Assembly: GCA_963693365.1 (NCBI GenBank) | Contig: CAVNZM010000010.1 | Location: 1,612,001 to 1,676,000 of the forward strand | Reading direction: 5' to 3' | Source: Amoebidium appalachense | Lineage: Eukaryota; Protista; Ichthyosporea | Length of the DNA stretch: 64,000 bases | Notes under the pieces: model-generated | Told to the model about the DNA's origin: nothing | The model's input: the letters and a program-made list of their open reading frames with translations, nothing else | Database searches by the model: none | Shown here: piece after piece, positions 63,986 to 64,000 of the stretch | Layout of the letters: every line of letters begins with the position of its first letter | How positions within the stretch are numbered: the stretch's first letter is position 1 | Translations under genes and position numbers: made by a program

Positions 63986-64000
63986 CCCCCCCCTCCCCCC

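Overview
Intron-rich eukaryotic DNA dominated by poly-C/poly-G tracts and (CA)n, (GA)n and (CCCT)n microsatellites, so most ORF-track entries are low-complexity artefacts. Manual splicing gives: (1) a minus-strand DHH-family exopolyphosphatase (PPX1/PRUNE-like) gene, 8091 to beyond the window start; (2) a long plus-strand gene A (~12.6-32.0 kb) with degenerate Myb/SANT motifs, a disordered acidic middle and C-terminal TPRs; (3) its convergent minus-strand paralog B (~55.4-44.7 kb). The 5' halves of A and B are diverged, but the 3' halves and their introns form a near-identical 9-10 kb inverted repeat (23974-34044 / 42585-51388). The spacer holds two related non-LTR RT fragments, one tandemly duplicated and one enclosed in nested inverted repeats with DIRS-like geometry. 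Also present: a near-perfect ~17x 51-bp array, a MITE with a 9-bp TSD, a 22-bp-periodic CArG-like array, and an internally deleted DNA-transposase-like gene with an embedded WRN-type 3'-5' exonuclease (60.2-63.7 kb). All calls are by eye; no searches were run.
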